From: Salpingoeca rosetta
Lineage: Eukaryota; Protista; Choanoflagellata
Length of the DNA: 64,000 nt
Assembly (NCBI GenBank): GCA_033442325.1
Contig: JAWQFM010000004.1
Coordinates: 1,454,565 to 1,518,564 of the forward strand
Direction of reading: 5' to 3'
Below the pieces are notes generated by a model. That model searched no databases. It saw only the letters and a program-made list of their open reading frames with translations, and was not told where the DNA came from. Both the position numbers and the translations under genes were made by a program. Below are positions 61,082 through 64,000 of the stretch, in pieces (the stretch's first letter is position 1; the number at the start of each line of letters is the position of its first letter).

Positions 61082-64000
61082 TGTGTCCATTACCTTGCAC
61101 TTGAGCGAGATTTCAACGACGTGTTCCACCACTTTCGTTGGCTTCTCCAGCTGTCAATGTGCGTGTGCAAAAGTGAGAGGGGGAACATCCAATGCCATTT
61201 CCGTCAACATGTCGCTGAGCATCACGAGGCGTGCATTTAGCATTGCATGCAGGCACTGCATACCAGGGCGGTGAGGATGGCGGAGGAATCTTCCCGCTGA
61301 TCCATGGCCGTCTCGGCCGCCGGCTCCGGCGCTGGCACGCGCACGTGATTGAAAACAAACAAACAAAAAAAAAAAAAAAAACGTAAAGAGGAGAGGGAAG
61401 AAAAGGAAGCGGAACACGAAATAGAAATGAGATGGAGCATGTGCTTCGAACAGGGTTGGCGTCTGCACATGCACGATAACAGAGCGTCGCACAAGTTCTT
61501 TGGTTTCATTGCAAGGTGAAAGCAATTGCTTGTGCGCACCTTCAGGGACGACCTCTATTCTGTATCGCGACATGTCAACCTTCAGCCCATAGTCGTCCCA
61601 GTCCATCTGTTCAGCAGCACGGAAAGACAGTGAGAGGTATCACCAAACGGGGAAAAGTTGACTTGACGTGATTTCACGCCTCCCTCCACACCAACACCAC
61701 CACAAACTCAACCCCTGCCAACACCAACTCCAACTCCCCTAGCGCCACACCAATCCTGCCCACCGTGTGCGTGTCCTCTGGGAAGACGGCGTTGCGGCGG
61801 CGCTGTACGGGTCCGGCCTTGCTCGCCGTAAACGCAAGCAGATCGTGCCGCTCATATGGCTCTGATAACGAGGAGGCATGGTGGCGTGCGTGCGCGTGGA
61901 TGTGTAAGAGAGGGGGGTGAAGCGTCATTGTCGATGAGACGAACGTCGCTGATCACACCAGCATTCTCCACGACCAACACCACCCTCACCACTGATATCA
62001 CCCCCCCCCTCTCACCACTACCACCAACACCACAATCATCCCCGCCCCTCACCGTGGTCCTCGTCGTCGCTGCTGAGCTGCTCCTCCTGCACATCCATGC
62101 CCATCTCCCGCCCCATCCCATCAGCCGCTGCGTCGGATGCCGCCGCCGTCTCGTCCATGTGTTCGCGCATCTCCCGCTCCGCCCGGTGTGCCTCCAGCTC
62201 CTCGCCCTCAAGCTCAACCCGCGCCCCGAGCCGAAGCTGGAGTGCAGATGTTGGATGGGGGGTGAGAGACGGTGTGCGGTGTGTGGTGTGTGAGTGACAG
62301 GGGTGTGAGGGGGATGAGCGAGTGAGCATGTATTCTCAAGACAGAGGCAAACGACTGCACTGCAACAACTACAACGCCACACCCACACACACACACACAC
62401 CCACACACACACACACCCACACCCCCACACCCACACACACACACTCTCACTCTCTTCACCTGCAGCGTGTCTGGCGCCGTGTTGTGGTAGATGCTGTGTG
62501 CAAGCGTGTCTTCATCGGGCCGCCCTGTTGACACGAGCGAGGAAACGACAAATGAGTGCAAGATGGAAGCAGGCAGTTGGACAATAAATCAAGTTCACCC
62601 ACAAGCCACGCAAAATGGACCAGGTAGACACAAGCACAGCAACAGTCGACGCAGCCCCCCCCCCCTCCGGCTCTCACGTGTGAAGATGATGGCGTTGTCT
62701 GGGTTTGCCGCCCACTGCGCAAAGAGCTGGCGCGAGAACCCGGCCTCCAGCCCAAGTTCCGCCGTCACAACAACCTGTCCACGATCACGTCAAAAGGTGG
62801 TGGTGGTGGTGGGGTGGTGTTTTGAGGAGAAGGAGCAGGTGAGGACATGTAGATGCAAAGCCAAACGATGATTTCAAACATTGTCACACACACACATAGA
62901 CACACACACACACAGACACACACACACAGACACACACAGACACACACACAGACACACACGCACACACACACCCCTACCTTTGGTCCTGGGTGCGCGTTGA
63001 TGGCGTCGAGCGACTGCACGCGTTTGATGTTCGGGAAGCGAAACGGCATGGCCTTGTGCTCGTTCATCTGGGCTTGAAGCCCGTCGGACAAGAAGTCCAC
63101 CTGCAAGGGCAAAAGAGGTGAGGGAGGACAGGAGGCGGTGATGTTGCACCCAAAACACACAGACACACAGACACACAGACACACACACACCATTGTGGTG
63201 ACGGTGTCCATGACGACTTGTGTGCACGCGCCGACAAAGAAGAACTGCGATGCGCCGGACATCTTCCCCGCGAGCTGATCCAGCACCTGCAGCAGCTCAA
63301 ACGACCTTTGGGAGGGGGGGGGGGGAGAATTAGAAAGGGAGAGGATGTGAGCAAGTGGGTGGAAGGGAATAAGATTGAATATCATCTTTCACACATGTAA
63401 CACAACACAACAAGCACAGCAAACACAGCAAGCACAACAAACCCCCCCCCCCCAACACAGACACACCTGCCGGCCGTGTCGGCGAGGACGAGGACGTTTG
63501 CCTGTTTGTTGAGACTCTCGCGCACGGCGGCCAGCAGCTGCCCGAGCACTTCGCGCCGCTTTGGGGACGTGTAGGCGACGTTGAGGGTGTCTGTGATGAG
63601 GATGGCCGGCCACGTGAGAATGTCCAGGGAGGTGCTGTTGAGGTGCCACTCGCGCCGGTGGTTGTAGTCAACCGCATACACCACGTTCTCGCCGTCTTTG
63701 GTGATCCGCCACACGCTGCCGCCTGCCGGGGAGTGTGTGTGTGTGAAACCATGAGGGAGTGGGTAGGCTGTACACAAGAAGAGACATGTCGTTCGTCAAG
63801 CAGCGTGCAAGTGATGTCACCACAGCAATCACATACGCACACACATACACACATACGCACCAATCATGTGTCCGGCGGGGTATGCGGTGATGGAGATGCC
63901 AACACCTGCAGGAGATGGTAGACCAAACATATGGTGAGCGCACACAGCATCTGATACGAGGAGCGAACAGGGTGGACATATCATAGAGTGCTTCAGCAAG
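59464..64000 (-). CDS. CPSF2: Cleavage and polyadenylation specificity factor 100 kDa subunit (5' end beyond the window, last exon probably in the gap)
   Basis: Exons [11 protein letters not shown]|[69 protein letters not shown] and [12 protein letters not shown]. Confidence 0.93.

Overview
Eukaryotic draft-assembly window with four N-gaps, GT-AG introns full of (CA)n microsatellites, and gene families that point to a choanoflagellate, most likely Salpingoeca rosetta (inference). About 1-55.5 kb is an accessory region rich in transposons and pseudogenes. It holds nested Ty3/gypsy chromoviruses plus copia-like fragments, and four copies of a secreted coiled-coil/7-repeat beta-propeller gene family (one intact). 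It also holds decayed copies of pyruvate carboxylase, a Macro-WWE-PARP gene, a P1B Cu-ATPase, a TRP-like channel and an LRR receptor kinase. Further along are a roughly 1490-aa multi-exon Hint-domain protein with a pore-forming-toxin-like C-terminus, a SWIM/Ulp1 transposon relic, an L-domain gene split by a three-LTR chromovirus with a 5-bp TSD, a 4-TM gene and a TIR/HET-like-TPR-PH gene. From 55.6 kb the sequence is ordinary housekeeping: an HS2ST/UST-like sulfotransferase and CPSF2, which runs off the right edge. The best candidate for an undescribed system is the self-cleaving Hint plus membrane-inserting protein, which sits among immune-receptor-like genes. All family calls come from motif recognition by eye; no searches were run.
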